In this document: positions 21,290 through 30,084 of the stretch, in pieces
How positions within the stretch are numbered: position 1 is the first letter of the stretch
Layout: each line of letters begins with the position of its first letter
NCBI GenBank assembly: GCA_038206385.1
Contig: JBBRAW010000001.1
Span: 3,143-67,142, forward strand
Source: Bacteroidia bacterium
Lineage (GTDB): Bacteria; Bacteroidota; Bacteroidia; AKYH767-A; OLB10
Length of the DNA stretch: 64,000 nucleotides
Direction: 5' to 3'
The notes under the pieces: generated by a model
Seen by the model: the letters and a program-made list of their open reading frames with translations, nothing else
The model's database searches: none
Told to the model about the DNA's origin: nothing
Program-made: the position numbers and the translations under genes

Positions 21290-22060
21290 CTATGCACCGT
21301 TTTGATCAAAAACACGTACCAAATATATTCCATCTCTTAAACCACTTGGGTTTTGATCGAAACTGCCTTTATTCCATTGAAAAGAATAAGGGGGTATTCC
21401 ACCTGCAACTGTTAAATTAATAACTCCATCATGACCATCAAAACAGGATATATTAAAACCATTATGATTGATAGAAGTAATACTTGAAATATGCAATGCT
21501 GTTGGCTCAATCAAAGTATAGCTTGAAGAGGAGGTACAATTTGTTGCATCCGTAACGGTTATTGAATATGTGCCAACCGATAAATTATCAATTTCTTCTT
21601 TTGTACTTCCTCCACTCCATAAAATATTGTAAGGTGGTGTTCCTCCATGAATCTCTGAACGTATTACTCCATTTGATCCACCATTTTTCGAAATATTGGT
21701 TCCTCCTTCAAAAACGCTTGGGTTAAGGATTACAGTCATTCCATTAGGTTGAAATAATTCAACTGTTTTAAATTTAGTGTGATTGCTAAAATCAGTAACA
21801 GTAACTGAATAAACTCCAGCTTGTACATTATGAATAGAAGAAGTAGTTGCTCCATTACTCCATTGATAATAAAATGGTCCATAATCACCAATAGCAATCG
21901 CTTCAATATCACCATCCGAACCACCATGGCAGCTTACATTGTATCCACCTTCAAAACGCGATAAGTTAAAGGTAACATCAATTTGCGCAGATGCAGTTTG
22001 GGAAATTAAAAAACATAAAGCAAGAGCAAACATTTTCAAATAGGTAAAATTGCTTTTCAT
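21290..22060 (-). CDS. SprB-repeat protein, N-terminal part (signal peptide plus 3 SprB repeats), terminated by an in-frame TAG
   Basis: Signal peptide MKSNFTYLKMFALALCFLISQTASAQ. Three ~85-aa repeats of the pattern GG.PPY...WSNG.TT..I.NL.AG.Y.VTVTD..NC. I recognise this as the SprB repeat of gliding-motility adhesins. Confidence 0.7.
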   Translation of the reverse strand: MKSNFTYLKMFALALCFLISQTASAQIDVTFNLSRFEGGYNVSCHGGSDGDIEAIAIGDYGPFYYQWSNGATTSSIHNVQAGVYSVTVTDFSNHTKFKTVELFQPNGMTVILNPSVFEGGTNISKNGGSNGVIRSEIHGGTPPYNILWSGGSTKEEIDNLSVGTYSITVTDATNCTSSSSYTLIEPTALHISSITSINHNGFNISCFDGHDGVINLTVAGGIPPYSFQWNKGSFDQNPSGLRDGIYLVRVFDQNGA

Positions 22061-22312
22061 AAATATCAGTTTTAGTTAAAGATTCAAATCGAAACTCTCA
22101 AGCATAATAGAACTAATTAAATTGCTGCCACAAAATATTGCAACCTCTCTAAAAAACTAAATAATTTCTACCAGTACTTAACTATTAAAATCTAAATGCA
22201 CTTAGCTTAAGAAAACTCTAAAATATTTAAAGTAATACAATAATTGATAATCAAAGATATAATATAATATTTGAAATAACATAAAAAAATACAACTCCTT
22301 TTAAATTTAACA

Positions 22313-23134
22313 TTAAGATTTTACTTTTCCCAGCGCTACTGATTTTTGATAAGCCGCCCAAATAGCTCTTGAAATTGCAGTTCTAAATCCTGCTTTATCG
22401 AGATAATACAATGCTTCGGCTGATGTTCCTCCTGGTGATGTTACCTGATTTCGAAGGCGTGCAAGATGATCGGGTGATTGCATTGCATATTCAACAGATC
22501 CTTTCACAGTTTGTAATACCAATTTTTCTGATACATATCGTGGAAATCCTAAGTGAACACCTGCATCTACCATCGCTTCCATGAATGCAAAAACATAAGC
22601 TGGTCCGGTGCCTGATAATGCCGTTGCCATATCTAAATAATTTTCATCTTCCATAAAAATTTCTTCACCTAAAGCACCTAATATTGCTTTTGCTTGCGCG
22701 CGTTGTTCGTCGCTAACAGCTTTAGATGTTGTCCATACACTCATGCCCTCGCCTATTTGCGCAGGAGTATTTGGCATTGCACGTGCAACAAAAGGATGCG
22801 ATAAGCCATTTTCAATAACCGAAATTTTTGCTCCAGCAATAATGGAAAGTACAAGTGCCGTAGGCTTAATTTTCCCATCTAATGTTTTTAAAACTCCTTC
22901 GAGCATTTGCGGCTTTATAGATAAAACAACAACATCAGCATCTGCAACAGCCTCTTGACTATTTACCGTTGTACCAATAGAATATTTGCTCTTTAGCTCA
23001 TCATTTCGAACTGCTCGCAATCCTGATGCAATAATTTTGGAAGCAGGAAGTAATTCTTTTACTAATAATCCTCTAATCATCGCTTCAGCCATAGCGCCAG
23101 GACCAACAAAAGTAATTTTTGTGTTTTTTAACAT
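22313..23134 (-). CDS. proC: Pyrroline-5-carboxylate reductase
   Basis: N-terminal NAD(P)-binding ITFVGPGAMAEAMIRGLL. C-terminal P5CR dimerisation region ...VTSPGGTSAEALYYLDKAGF. Length 273 aa. Confidence 0.85.
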   Translation of the reverse strand: MLKNTKITFVGPGAMAEAMIRGLLVKELLPASKIIASGLRAVRNDELKSKYSIGTTVNSQEAVADADVVVLSIKPQMLEGVLKTLDGKIKPTALVLSIIAGAKISVIENGLSHPFVARAMPNTPAQIGEGMSVWTTSKAVSDEQRAQAKAILGALGEEIFMEDENYLDMATALSGTGPAYVFAFMEAMVDAGVHLGFPRYVSEKLVLQTVKGSVEYAMQSPDHLARLRNQVTSPGGTSAEALYYLDKAGFRTAISRAIWAAYQKSVALGKVKS

Positions 23135-23255
23135 ATATGTAGAAATGTAATTTACGAAATTAGTTCAATATGCACCATTTATAGTAACACCTACTATAGA
23201 AATTTAAAAACATATTAACGTGATTTATTGATAAGAATCATTTGCCTCGCTTTTA

Positions 23256-24242
23256 ATGTTTGGTTACTTTCGCAGAATGGCACTATCGGAAGAAATCATT
23301 AAGCGCATTCATTTACTAGAGCAGAAATACACCGCTATGGGTCAGGATTTGGTATCCTACCTCGATGGTTTACTCTATGCAGATTTTATCACCTATTGGG
23401 ATTATATCCATTTAGATACTTTGTTGAGTTTACAACATCCCAAAACCAGCTTCCCTGATGAATCAGTATTTATCATGTATCATCAGATCACTGAATTATT
23501 TTTCAAACTTTCATTGCATGAACTAAAACAAATCACCGATCAAGATCCTGTTGATGCAACATTTATGGCGCAACGTATTCAACGAGTGAATCGTTATTTT
23601 TCGGTGCTCACAAGTTCATTCGATATTATGGTTGATGGTATGGAGCCAAAGCAGTTTCAGCAATTTAGAATGTCGTTGTTACCTGCGAGCGGATTTCAAT
23701 CAGCGCAATATCGTACAATAGAAATTTATGCTACCGACTTTATCAATTTAGTTGCAAAAGATCATCGTGAAAAATTTATTAATAAACCAGATGTTGCTAT
23801 TGAAGAAATGTTCGCACATATTTATTGGAATGCTGGCGCAACAGAATTAGCAACAGGAAAGAAAACACTTACGCTTAAACAATTTGAAGAAAAATATTCG
23901 AAAGATTTAATTGCTTTAGCAGAAGGAAAACGAAAAAATAATCTTTTTGCTCTTTACAAAAGTCTTTCTAAGGAAGAACAAAATAATTCCAATTTAATAA
24001 CTGCATTTAAACAATTAGATGTAAATGTAAATATCAACTGGCCATTGATGCATTATAAATCGGCTGTAAGATATCTACACAAAAATCCAGAAGACATTGC
24101 AGCGACGGGCGGAACAAATTGGCAGAAATACTTACCTCCTCGTTTTCAGAAGCGTGTATTCTATCCAGAACTTTGGAGTGAATCTGAATTAGAAGAGTGG
24201 GGAAAAAGTTGGGTAGAAGATTTGTTTGCGGCGAAAAAATAA
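23256..24242 (+). CDS. kynA: Tryptophan 2,3-dioxygenase
   Basis: YWDYIHLDTLLSLQHP...FIMYHQITELFFKL matches the bacterial TDO signature (Y.DYL.LD.LL..Q ... H Q..ELW.KL) around the haem/substrate pocket. Length 328 aa. Confidence 0.75.
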   Translation: MFGYFRRMALSEEIIKRIHLLEQKYTAMGQDLVSYLDGLLYADFITYWDYIHLDTLLSLQHPKTSFPDESVFIMYHQITELFFKLSLHELKQITDQDPVDATFMAQRIQRVNRYFSVLTSSFDIMVDGMEPKQFQQFRMSLLPASGFQSAQYRTIEIYATDFINLVAKDHREKFINKPDVAIEEMFAHIYWNAGATELATGKKTLTLKQFEEKYSKDLIALAEGKRKNNLFALYKSLSKEEQNNSNLITAFKQLDVNVNINWPLMHYKSAVRYLHKNPEDIAATGGTNWQKYLPPRFQKRVFYPELWSESELEEWGKSWVEDLFAAKK

Positions 24243-24251
24243 TTCAATAAT

Positions 24252-25655
24252 TTAATGCAGTGTTTTTAATACTTCATTTGTTAATGCGTTATAGTCATCG
24301 TTGAAATGATGTCCACCAGGAATTACAACAGTCCTACATTGCGTTGGAGTTAATGTAGTTTTTGTCCATGGCTCTTCGTCTTCGCCAAATATTGCAACGA
24401 GCTCTGGTCCCTTCAACTGCTTTAAACTTTTTGCAACATCATAATCATCACTCAACGATCCAATCGAAAGCATATCACTTACGTGGATTTCAAAATCGGC
24501 AGATGTTGATGGTGATAATAATACTAATGATTTGACTTTTTCTTTTAAGTCAGTAGGAAGTTGCTGGTAGAGAAAAGGCATTGCATCTGCACCGAAAGAA
24601 TAACCAGCAAGAATAATATCATCACGATGCCAAAGATTCATGTAATAACGAATTACGGGAACGATATCTTTTGTGGTTTTTGCAGGAGTACTTTCTGTCC
24701 AGAAATATTTTAATGCATCTAAACCGATAACAGGCATTCCTTTCATCGTCATTCCGTTTGCAAATCCTTGATCAAATCCCGTCCATCCACCATCGCCAGA
24801 AATTAAAAATACAAGCGGCATCGACTCCTCCTTTGGGCTAAGATTAAGGATTAACGGTAAATCGTTTCCGGCATCACCTTGTTGCACTTTATGGATGGGA
24901 GCTATTACAATTGGTATTAATAATTTTTCTACTGCTGCATGAAATTGTGGCACCCAATTTTTCTCTATCGAATAACCATGGCCAACATTTTTTAGAATAA
25001 CTTCTTCTGTATTTCCTACTTGCTTTAAAAAGTTTGTCGTTGATGTGAAATCACAAACTTTATCAACAGTTCCTTGTAATGAAATCATGAGGTTAGATAA
25101 TTTTGTTACTGGTTGAAGGTCGTAACCACAACCTTTTTTCCAAGGATGACATTCTAATCCTGAGCCTTTACAAAGTGGTCGATCTAATTCCATATCTGGA
25201 CAAAATCCTAATACTACTCCACCACGAAATGTATTCGCTGGTGATTGCGCTAACAATCCATAAACTAATGTTGCACCAGAGGAGAATCCTACTAATAATG
25301 GTTGATAATATTCATGAAATCCCATCTTCTTTTGAATCAGTTTACTTAGATTTTCAAAATCAGCAGCGGGATATAAACAGGATTGTTTTCTTTGTTGCAA
25401 ATTTTTCATCAACGAACGCATATCAATTCCGATCACTAATGTTTTATCATCACGACATTGTTTTGCCATGTTATCCATTCCTTTATTCCAACCTCCATCA
25501 CCAGAGATAAAAAGTACTAAGCGCTCAGGATTTTTTGGTTTATATAGAACCAATTTTCCAAATGGTTTTACAGATAATGTATCATTTGTCGCATAAACAT
25601 ATTCGAACGATACAATGCTAATCACAAACAATAAGAGAAACTTTAATTGGTTCAT
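24252..25655 (-). CDS. VirJ/AcvB-family secreted alpha/beta-hydrolase protein (putative lysyl-phosphatidylglycerol hydrolase)
   Basis: Signal peptide. Two hydrolase-like halves each with a GDGGW motif (VLFISGDGGWNKG; LVFLISGDGGWTGFD) and GFSSGA / GYSFGA nucleophile-elbow-like motifs. The start overlaps the mprF stop by 4 bp (ATGA). Confidence 0.6.
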   Translation of the reverse strand: MNQLKFLLLFVISIVSFEYVYATNDTLSVKPFGKLVLYKPKNPERLVLFISGDGGWNKGMDNMAKQCRDDKTLVIGIDMRSLMKNLQQRKQSCLYPAADFENLSKLIQKKMGFHEYYQPLLVGFSSGATLVYGLLAQSPANTFRGGVVLGFCPDMELDRPLCKGSGLECHPWKKGCGYDLQPVTKLSNLMISLQGTVDKVCDFTSTTNFLKQVGNTEEVILKNVGHGYSIEKNWVPQFHAAVEKLLIPIVIAPIHKVQQGDAGNDLPLILNLSPKEESMPLVFLISGDGGWTGFDQGFANGMTMKGMPVIGLDALKYFWTESTPAKTTKDIVPVIRYYMNLWHRDDIILAGYSFGADAMPFLYQQLPTDLKEKVKSLVLLSPSTSADFEIHVSDMLSIGSLSDDYDVAKSLKQLKGPELVAIFGEDEEPWTKTTLTPTQCRTVVIPGGHHFNDDYNALTNEVLKTLH

Positions 25656-28240
25656 TCGATTACGGGTTTATATTTCATTACTTCTTTTAATGCTTTCGGC
25701 AATCCTATTAAATCATAATGATGCGAGAAAACAATATACCTACTTATCCAATAACTTGCATATTTATCCTTTGCTTGTCGTCGACCACGATACTCTTTAA
25801 ATTGATTCAAATGTTCGTATGCATAATTAATTCCTTTAGCGGCGGGATGTCGGTACTCATTCAATCCTGCAAGAGGAGCCATGCCGATGTTCAATGTTGT
25901 TGCTCCATTTTCCTTCGCATAATTTATTAAACTGATCATCATAAAATCGGTACAAAATGATGGTGAATTAGGAAGTAAACGTAAGAGATCATAGGTCATT
26001 TCATCTTGCTTGTAATCAGGAACGATATTCATAAACCCACAAGTTTTTCCTTCTGCATTCTTTAAAACAAGGATGACTTGATTACGTAATTCATACTTAT
26101 CGAAAACTCCTTGAGAAAAAGCCATTTCTTCCTCGTTAATATCGGTTAACCATTTATCCGAAATTTGTTGCAATTGTTTCAACGTATCGAATGAATGAAT
26201 AGGCTTAATTATTTTTATAACATATCCATTTCGTATTGCAGCATTGAATGCATTGCGTAAAGATTTATTTGCATTTCCATCAAGAGAAAAAGTAGAGAGA
26301 TTAACTACAGCTTCTTGTCCGATTGGAATTGTTTTTTTATCCAGCGAATAAAAATATTCAAGACTTTCTTTTCCTACGCGATACCAAATAACTTTAAGTC
26401 CTTTCTTGAGAGAAAATTTTTCAAATGCACTAATTAATGATTTCTTTTCAGCGATATTTTCTGCAACAGGTTCTTCCAATGCAATTGCATAGCCTCTCGT
26501 TAATCGGTAAGAAACAAATCCATTACGTTTATCGTTAAAGAAAAATTGTTTGTCGGGATACGTTTTAAAATAATCCAATACCGATTTACCATACTGCTGA
26601 ACCAATTTATCAGCTTGTAAAAAATCGGCATCTTCCGGTTCATATTCATAAAGGTAAGGACGTGCAAGACTTACTAAGAGATACGTCATCGTAAGAATTC
26701 CAGAAAGGCGAATACTCCAGAGAAATGCTTTACCAATACCTGTATGCGCTTGTAAAACATCTACGTTAAGCAAGAAAAAAGATTCTAATGTATGAATCAT
26801 CGATTGCCATAAAGTAAAGTCGATGCCGAAATGATGTTTATCTAAAAAGTAAAAGCCAGCTACCGAAAAAATCATTACCGTAAGTATCGATAAAATTGCT
26901 GAACGAATTCCATCCCATGTTGAAGTTTTTTCACTTCGAATAATGTAATTGGAGCGTGTAACAAAAAGAATCATAATTGTAAATGCTGCAAGACTTGCTT
27001 CTTCGTAGTCGATGGCTTTGGTGAGATGTCCTATTAATGATAAAGAAGAAACAACCAACGCGGCGACCCAAGCAATACGTAATCCACGCAAGAGAAATAT
27101 TGCAGTGAGCATTAGAAATATTCCTGATGCTAGAACAAAATAATTAGAATAATGAATTGCATCAAGAGGGAGAAACTGTCGAAGTAAAACCAAGCGTGAA
27201 TGTATTGCTGGTGTTAATGCAGAAATTGTATTTACAATTCCAAGCATGAATAAAAGGATTGCTGGTAATATTCTTAATAAGATATTATTCTTATTCCAGA
27301 AGAACGAAAACACACCGAATACTAGTGGAAGCCAAAATTCTAGAAATCGAAATAGAACTGTTGCACCTACGGCTTCTGGCATATTTGCTCCTGCATGTTG
27401 TAGGTAGGTGATTACTGAAAATTCTATTGCTCCTAGTCCTCGTAAAAATGGCGAAACAACTAATAATACAACAGCAATTGTATAACCAACGAAAGCAGCT
27501 TCCCATCCTAATGTAAGATTTAAAGCTTTAAATGCGATCCAGAAATGAATGATTCCTACAAGGTCAATAGCAATTGCATACAATAATGCGATAAACATTT
27601 TTTGTGATGTATATATTTTAACATTCATTTCAGCATAGGCAGGAACATGTTTTATAAACCAATCACGAATTTTTCCATTACGATTTATAGCTTTCAAAAA
27701 AAATAATATCAACGCTGATAGCACTAATAATCCAATGAATGAAAAAAGTAGTGATGAATCTATTGAAGAATTGAACCATAAATACAATGCGATAGGAATT
27801 GCAACAATTGCAACAGCGAGAATTCCTAGAATTGCATAAATGAATGAGCCGAAACGTATTTCCGCTGATTTAATTTCTTTCCCTGCCACATCTTCAAAAA
27901 AGCCTAATGATGTTATTCCACCAGCTGGTAAGAAAACGCTAATTAAATTTCTGCTTAGAAAAAGTTTAGTACAATTTATTAAAGAGACTTTAGCTCCTGC
28001 AACGATAAAACTTTGTTTGTATAATAATGCTTGAAATAAAATAGTGATTGCTGTTAATACAATTCCATAAAAAAGCCACAAATAATTTACTTGATTTAAT
28101 ACAGCTTCGGTTTTAAATAATTCATTACGTTCTTGATAAAAAAAATAAAGTCCTGAAGCGAGTAAAAATAGTCCTATTAACTCCTTCCATGGCAAGCGGA
28201 ATCTTGTTAGTAATCGTTTACGGGATATTGCTACTTGCAT
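25652..28240 (-). CDS. mprF: MprF-like bifunctional lysyl-phosphatidylglycerol flippase/synthetase
   Basis: 862 aa. About 14 predicted TM helices in the N-terminal 520 aa. C-terminal soluble ~330-aa domain (aminoacyl-PG synthase, DUF2156-like). Translationally coupled to the VirJ gene. Confidence 0.7.
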   Translation of the reverse strand: MQVAISRKRLLTRFRLPWKELIGLFLLASGLYFFYQERNELFKTEAVLNQVNYLWLFYGIVLTAITILFQALLYKQSFIVAGAKVSLINCTKLFLSRNLISVFLPAGGITSLGFFEDVAGKEIKSAEIRFGSFIYAILGILAVAIVAIPIALYLWFNSSIDSSLLFSFIGLLVLSALILFFLKAINRNGKIRDWFIKHVPAYAEMNVKIYTSQKMFIALLYAIAIDLVGIIHFWIAFKALNLTLGWEAAFVGYTIAVVLLVVSPFLRGLGAIEFSVITYLQHAGANMPEAVGATVLFRFLEFWLPLVFGVFSFFWNKNNILLRILPAILLFMLGIVNTISALTPAIHSRLVLLRQFLPLDAIHYSNYFVLASGIFLMLTAIFLLRGLRIAWVAALVVSSLSLIGHLTKAIDYEEASLAAFTIMILFVTRSNYIIRSEKTSTWDGIRSAILSILTVMIFSVAGFYFLDKHHFGIDFTLWQSMIHTLESFFLLNVDVLQAHTGIGKAFLWSIRLSGILTMTYLLVSLARPYLYEYEPEDADFLQADKLVQQYGKSVLDYFKTYPDKQFFFNDKRNGFVSYRLTRGYAIALEEPVAENIAEKKSLISAFEKFSLKKGLKVIWYRVGKESLEYFYSLDKKTIPIGQEAVVNLSTFSLDGNANKSLRNAFNAAIRNGYVIKIIKPIHSFDTLKQLQQISDKWLTDINEEEMAFSQGVFDKYELRNQVILVLKNAEGKTCGFMNIVPDYKQDEMTYDLLRLLPNSPSFCTDFMMISLINYAKENGATTLNIGMAPLAGLNEYRHPAAKGINYAYEHLNQFKEYRGRRQAKDKYASYWISRYIVFSHHYDLIGLPKALKEVMKYKPVIE

Positions 28241-28439
28241 GGCGCCAAAATTAAGATCTTAATTGTAGATCTTGGCGAAATAAAAATAATTAGGTAAATA
28301 AAAAATACAGAAGAAACCTTAGGACTAAGTAGCTATTTTTATTATTGATTATCAAATATTTATCTCCTAATTATAAATAAATTATAGTTTATATCATAAA
28401 CTAGTCTATGTTTGTAATGTATTTATAAAACATACTAAA

Positions 28440-29090
28440 ATGAAAAACTTATTTGTCCTCATCTCCATCACCTGTTTGATGTACAGCACATCAACATGTG
28501 TAGCACAAAAATCAATTAGTGATAAAGATTTAAATCACTATGTATCTATGATGGATACTGCTGAATCGGTTACCTCATGGAAAACAATTAGTGATCAATT
28601 TGCAAAACTTGCGACGGGCAATGAAACAAATTGGTTAGTACAATATCATGCAGCTTTCGCTCACGCAATTTATGCCATGCGAATTACTGATATGAAAGAG
28701 CGCGATAATTACTTAGATAAAGCGATGGCTTATGCAGAAAAATCTGAAAATGCAAAACCAAAAGAATCGGAAGTACTTGTTTTGAAAGGAATGATAACGG
28801 CAATGAAAATTTCTGTTGATCCAAAGCGAGGAATGGAAATGGGACAAGAGTCATCACAACTAGTAAAGCAAGGAAACAAACTGAATCCAGAAAATCCTCG
28901 TGCGTATCTTGAAATGGGAGAATCAGCAATGTATATTCCAGAGCAATATGGTGGTGGCAAAAAGAAATCACAAGCGTTATTAGAAACATCTTTAGAAAAA
29001 TATAAATCTTTTAAATCTGAAGATGTGAATTGGCCACATTGGGGAGAGGCACGTGCAAAACTATTATTAGAAAAATGTAAATCGTTATAA
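28440..29090 (+). CDS. Secreted hypothetical protein (216 aa), helical/TPR-like
   Basis: Signal peptide MKNLFVLISITCLMYSTSTCVAQ. Lys/Glu-rich helical repeats. No catalytic motifs. Confidence 0.5.
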   Translation: MKNLFVLISITCLMYSTSTCVAQKSISDKDLNHYVSMMDTAESVTSWKTISDQFAKLATGNETNWLVQYHAAFAHAIYAMRITDMKERDNYLDKAMAYAEKSENAKPKESEVLVLKGMITAMKISVDPKRGMEMGQESSQLVKQGNKLNPENPRAYLEMGESAMYIPEQYGGGKKKSQALLETSLEKYKSFKSEDVNWPHWGEARAKLLLEKCKSL

Positions 29091-29112
29091 TCTAAAAATC
29101 ACATTTATAAAA

Positions 29113-29697
29113 ATGGAAAATACAGAAAAGGAAATGAGCAGCGAAGAAAGTCTTCGCGTGATTCAGCAAATGATACACACTGCTAAAAGAGATTTTGAAG
29201 ATGATAGCTTTCATTATCTACTCTGGGGATGGTTGGTATTCGCAGCAAGCTTAGGGCAATTTATTTTATTCAAACAAGGGTTTGAACATTCAGAAATAAC
29301 ATGGCTATTAATGCCTGTTGGAGCAGTGATTGCATTTCTTTACGGAAGAAAACAAGCGAAAAAAGAAAGAGTGAAAACGTATGTTTCTTCTTTTGTAATG
29401 TATGTTGTAACTGCCATGATGGTTTCCCTATTTATTGTACTTTGTTTTCAGGGCAAGCTACAACAATATACGTTTCCGATTATTTTAATATTGTATGCTA
29501 TAATGCTGTTTATAATGGGTGGGATTCTACAATTTAAGCCATTAATAATTGGAGGAATTACCAATTGGATTTTAGCAATTGTTGGGTTCTTCTATTCAGT
29601 AGAAATTCAATTATTAATTTTAGCATTAGCCGTTCTTTTAGGATATATTATTCCTGGGTATTTATTAGGCCGTCGGCAACAAAGTGCTAATGCATAA
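29113..29697 (+). CDS. Hypothetical integral membrane protein (194 aa)
   Basis: Four to five hydrophobic helices after a charged N-terminus (MENTEKEMSSEESLRVIQQ...). Lies 22 nt after the previous gene and 42 nt before the HTH gene. Confidence 0.5.
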   Translation: MENTEKEMSSEESLRVIQQMIHTAKRDFEDDSFHYLLWGWLVFAASLGQFILFKQGFEHSEITWLLMPVGAVIAFLYGRKQAKKERVKTYVSSFVMYVVTAMMVSLFIVLCFQGKLQQYTFPIILILYAIMLFIMGGILQFKPLIIGGITNWILAIVGFFYSVEIQLLILALAVLLGYIIPGYLLGRRQQSANA

Positions 29698-29739
29698 AGC
29701 TTAGATTATAAAATTTGATCATTATGAAATCGAAAAAAA

Positions 29740-30054
29740 ATGTTTAAAGACCTCGATCCCTTACTACATCAACAACTGAGATTGTCGATTATATCATTGT
29801 TAGTATCAGTAAGAGAAGCAGAATTTACCTTTCTTAAAGAAAAAACAGGTTCCACTGCTGGAAACATCTCAGTGCAAATAAATAAATTAGCAGAAGCAGA
29901 ATATATTACTGTGACCAAAACATTTAGAGATAATTACCCTTTGACAACGTGCAAAATTACAACGAAAGGAATTAATGCTTTCGAAAATTATGTGAAGGCA
30001 TTACAAGATTATTTACCTACATCGACTTCAAAAAAGAAGGGCGGCTCAAATTGA
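29740..30054 (+). CDS. Winged-helix transcriptional regulator (HTH_34-like)
   Basis: LDPLLHQQLRLSIISLL...FTFLKEKTGSTAGNISVQINKLAEAEYITVTK matches the ~100-aa winged-helix family (LD.L.H...RL.I...L.....F..L....G.T.GNLS.H...LE.AGYV). Confidence 0.6.
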   Translation: MFKDLDPLLHQQLRLSIISLLVSVREAEFTFLKEKTGSTAGNISVQINKLAEAEYITVTKTFRDNYPLTTCKITTKGINAFENYVKALQDYLPTSTSKKKGGSN

Positions 30055-30064
30055 GCCGCCCTTT
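30037..30064. terminator. Bidirectional rho-independent terminator between convergent genes
   Basis: Perfect 10-bp GC-rich stem gggcggctca (30039-30048) / tgagccgccc (30052-30061) with loop aat. Flanked by A-run upstream and ctttaaaaa downstream. The TGA stop of the HTH gene lies within the stem. Confidence 0.7.
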
Positions 30065-30084
30065 AAAAATAATCTTAAATAAAT

